Source of the DNA: an uncultured bacterium
Lineage (GTDB): Bacteria > Krumholzibacteriota > Krumholzibacteriia > LZORAL124-64-63
Assembly: GCA_963732385.1 (NCBI GenBank)
Contig: CAVSZB010000007.1
Span: 1,184,001 to 1,248,000 of the forward strand
Direction: 5' to 3'
DNA length: 64,000 nt
Shown: in pieces, positions 61,044 through 64,000 of the stretch
Layout of the letters: each line of letters opens with the position of its first letter
Position numbering within the stretch: the stretch's first letter is position 1
The notes under the pieces: model-generated
Told to the model about the DNA's origin: nothing
The model's input: only the letters and a program-made list of their open reading frames with translations
The model's database searches: none
Position numbers and translations under genes: made by a program

Positions 61044-63998
61044 CTACATCCCGGCCGTGGCCGTGAGTGGCTGGCGCAGGTCCGGCACGCGCAGACGGCG
61101 CCAGAACCAGTCCGGCGCGCCGAAGACGATATCGCCGGGTCGTCCGCCGTCACCGTCCGCCCCGCCCGCCACCGCGCGCAGCAGGCCTCCGGGAGCCGCC
61201 GCCTCTCCCTCGTAGCGCGCCGTGAACAGGACGCGGCCATCGGCGATCCGCTTGACGACCGCCCGCAGCGACTGCCCCGGCCGCAGCGAAACCTCCTGGC
61301 CCAGATCCCGTCCGCCGCGCCAGCCGCCGGCCGGGTCGGGCGTCATCAGGAGTACCGGCGTCCGGCATAGTGATTCGCCGGCCCCCGCCAGCAGTTCGAC
61401 CGCCACTTCGGACGGGCCCGCCAGCTGGTCCGCCCCCAGCCGCACCTCCACCCGCTCGAGCGGCAGCGGGAGCGGCTGTTCGAGCGCCTCGGCCAGCGCC
61501 ACCACGCGGGCGAATTGCTCCCGCCGCTCGTCCGGCGTGGAGAGCTGCAGGGGATGACGCACGGCGAATTCGGACGTCGCCGCGCGCAACGCGACCAGCG
61601 CCTTGCTCCAGTCCTGACCCCGCTGCGCCCGCGCCGCCAGATCCGCCGCGGCCAGGGTCAGCCGCTGGAAGTCCGCGTCAAAGCGGTCAGGCGTCCGCGA
61701 CCGCTCCACGGCCGGCTGGACGGCACGGGCCGCGGCCCAGCGCGCCAAAAACGGCACCCCGGCGCGCGCGCCGTAGTCCTGCCACGCCTGGGCCGTCACC
61801 CCGGACCCCTCGAAGCTCAGGAATTCGAGGGCTGCCCGCCGGTCCTCGCGCGGAAATACGGCCAGGGGTACGGAGTCCGGGGCGCGCCCGCGCGCCAGCA
61901 ACATCGCCAGAACCTGCATTCGCGTGCGGTCAAGATGATCGGCGTAGGCCTCGGGGTCGAAGACCACCGCCAGGTTGCCCGACAGTTCCCCGAGCAGCCG
62001 TTCCAGGTCGCCGGACGGTCCTTCGCCGACTGCGAGTTCCCGCGCCCGGACCAGCCCGGCATGGACGGCGAGCGTGGCGTTCACCAGGGGGGGCGACCGA
62101 TCCGCGCCGCCGGCCATGACCGTCGCCTCCAGCGCTGCGACCGCGTCCCGCACCGGCGGCGGGAACCAGGCTCCCGGTCCGAAGTCGGGCGTCAGAGCCA
62201 ACGCACCGAACCGCGCCAGGTCTTCCGCCCGCTTGAGACGCGCGAGGTCGAGCGCGACCGCCCGCCAGGCAGCCAGGCCGGCGGGCGGGGTGCCGGGCAG
62301 TTCCGCGGCTGCAGCATCGAGAGCGTCGAGCCAGCCCGCATCGCGGCGCGTCCGCCCCAGCAGGGAGGCGAGACGGGCCCGTGCGGCGAGCGCCTGCGTC
62401 GTCACGCCCACGCTTTCGACCAGCCCCTGCAGTTCCAGCCGCTGCGCGGCCGCCGCGACACCGCGCCGGTCGCGCCGACCGAGCGAATCCCACCGCGCCG
62501 CGATCCGCGTCTCTGACAGGACGCCCAGATCACGCCACGGCGCCCCCTGCTCCAGCCCGTAGCCGGCAAGTACGCACCGCCGCAGCTCCCGCAGCAACGC
62601 GCCCCCCCCGGCCGCCTGCCGCCGCACCGACTCCGCCTCGCGTTCAGGTCTCTGCGGCCACTGCAGATCGCGCTCATCCAGCGCGCAGTACTCGAGCGCC
62701 CGCCGGCGCAGATCCTCCGCGCCCCGCTCCCGCAACGCACGGAGGGCCCGATCCGCAGCCGGCCGCCGGGATTCCTCCCCGGGATCGCTGTAAGTCTCGC
62801 GCTCGTAGACCTCCAGTTCGGAGACGTAGAGCGCACCGATGTCGATGACATCCCCGAGTCCGCCCGGTGACGGATTGACCTGTGCGGGCTCAGGTCCGCT
62901 GGCGGCCGCTTGCGCGTCACGATCCGGAGCCGAGCCTCTGTCCCTCGTCCGCGATTCGCCCACGGCGGCCTGCGCCGGCTCTCGATCCGCAACGCCGGAC
63001 GGACGGACGGACGGACGTCGCGCCACCACCAGCATCACCGCCACGATAATCGCCGCCGCGGCCAGCAACCCGAGCCAGACCCGCCCTCCCGACGTCCCGC
63101 CCAGGCCGGAACGCGCCTGCATCGCGATGCGCGAACGCCGCCACAAGAGCACGTCCGGTACCGGCGAGCTCTGCGTCGTGACGGTCGCGGTAACGTTTCC
63201 GGAACGTGCAGGACCGGCCTGCTCGCGTGGCGACCCGATCTGGGCGGTGCCGAAGGAACGGCTCACCGCGTCGAGACCCATCAGGTCTCCCGCGGTCAGA
63301 TGGCGGCGCACCGCCGCCATGTACGCTTCGATCTCCGGGGGCAGCGCCTTGCGGACGGCGGCCATCAGGGAGTTGCGCCACGCCTGGAAACTGCCGGCGG
63401 CCCTGAAGACCGCGCCGGCGGCAAAGACATCCTGGCCACCCTCCGCGAAACTGGCGAAAGTCAGCCGCTGACGCACATGGAGCGGCAGACTTTCCACGAA
63501 TAGCGCCAGGAACCGGTCGCCGGTCTCCTCGATCCGCGCGAGCGGCAGCACCATCCGCCGGCTCGCGAAATAGAGCCGCAAAGCCTCATCGATCAGGTCC
63601 GCGTCGCGGGCGTCGGGCAGCGGACGCACGAGCGCCGCGAGGGACGCGGGGCGGCATTCGAGCCTGTCCAGCGCCAACCCGGAAGCCCAACGCTCCAGGA
63701 ATATCCCCTCGCGCTCCAGCCGGTACGGGCTGTACCCGAACGCCGCGTAGTCGTCTTCGGCGATGGCGAAAGAGTGCACGAGCGTACGACCCTGACCGTC
63801 CGCACAGGCCCGCGCGCAGTGGTAGAGGCGCCCCAGCGTCCCAGGCAGGGACTCCCGCAACGGCAGCGAAACAAGCGCCCGCGCGCCCCCCTCACCGATC
63901 GGCGGACTCCACCGCGCGCAAAGGGTTACGATCTCGTTCGCCACCTCCCGGGTCATGCCGTCTGAGCGAGCCAGAATGGCCGCCGCCTGTCCATCCGG
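61044..63998 (-). CDS. large single-TM hypothetical protein with GAP1-N/GAP1-M-like N-terminus (5' truncated)
   Basis: frame stays open upstream of ATG 63956 to the window edge; 'ILARSDG..', 'GRTLVHSFAI...YAAFGYSPY', 'LP..VRQRLTFASF'; one TM helix. Confidence 0.55.
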   Translation of the reverse strand, partial: PDGQAAAILARSDGMTREVANEIVTLCARWSPPIGEGGARALVSLPLRESLPGTLGRLYHCARACADGQGRTLVHSFAIAEDDYAAFGYSPYRLEREGIFLERWASGLALDRLECRPASLAALVRPLPDARDADLIDEALRLYFASRRMVLPLARIEETGDRFLALFVESLPLHVRQRLTFASFAEGGQDVFAAGAVFRAAGSFQAWRNSLMAAVRKALPPEIEAYMAAVRRHLTAGDLMGLDAVSRSFGTAQIGSPREQAGPARSGNVTATVTTQSSPVPDVLLWRRSRIAMQARSGLGGTSGGRVWLGLLAAAAIIVAVMLVVARRPSVRPSGVADREPAQAAVGESRTRDRGSAPDRDAQAAASGPEPAQVNPSPGGLGDVIDIGALYVSELEVYERETYSDPGEESRRPAADRALRALRERGAEDLRRRALEYCALDERDLQWPQRPEREAESVRRQAAGGGALLRELRRCVLAGYGLEQGAPWRDLGVLSETRIAARWDSLGRRDRRGVAAAAQRLELQGLVESVGVTTQALAARARLASLLGRTRRDAGWLDALDAAAAELPGTPPAGLAAWRAVALDLARLKRAEDLARFGALALTPDFGPGAWFPPPVRDAVAALEATVMAGGADRSPPLVNATLAVHAGLVRARELAVGEGPSGDLERLLGELSGNLAVVFDPEAYADHLDRTRMQVLAMLLARGRAPDSVPLAVFPREDRRAALEFLSFEGSGVTAQAWQDYGARAGVPFLARWAAARAVQPAVERSRTPDRFDADFQRLTLAAADLAARAQRGQDWSKALVALRAATSEFAVRHPLQLSTPDERREQFARVVALAEALEQPLPLPLERVEVRLGADQLAGPSEVAVELLAGAGESLCRTPVLLMTPDPAGGWRGGRDLGQEVSLRPGQSLRAVVKRIADGRVLFTARYEGEAAAPGGLLRAVAGGADGDGGRPGDIVFGAPDWFWRRLRVPDLRQPLTATAGM

Positions 63999-64000
63999 CC

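Overview
Very GC-rich, gene-dense bacterial chromosomal segment with about 60 genes. I saw no rRNA, tRNA, CRISPR array, IS element or prophage. Three secreted proteins end in a PNP-x-NP/FlgD-Ig (T9SS-CTD-like) domain, which suggests an FCB-affiliated lineage such as Krumholzibacteriota or Latescibacterota (inference only). Ordinary content includes multiheme cytochromes, peptidoglycan recycling (namZ, fused murU-amgK), a metal uptake locus, fabH, cysK/cysE, a cobalamin riboswitch-btuB-pduO locus, citrate synthase, prolyl oligopeptidase and gap. Most notable: (1) an intact gatE-gatD operon, the Glu-tRNA(Gln) amidotransferase classically regarded as archaea-specific; (2) a GAPDH paralogue lacking the catalytic Cys, translationally coupled to an intact gap; (3) a CxxC...RAPP leader peptide with an anti-SD sequence right after its stop codon, upstream of a metal-import operon; (4) a CxxU Rdx/SelW selenoprotein with a SECIS-like hairpin, missed by the ORF track; (5) a candidate three-hairpin sRNA; (6) a GAP1-N-like membrane protein cut by the right edge. 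All family assignments come from reading motifs by eye; no database searches were run.
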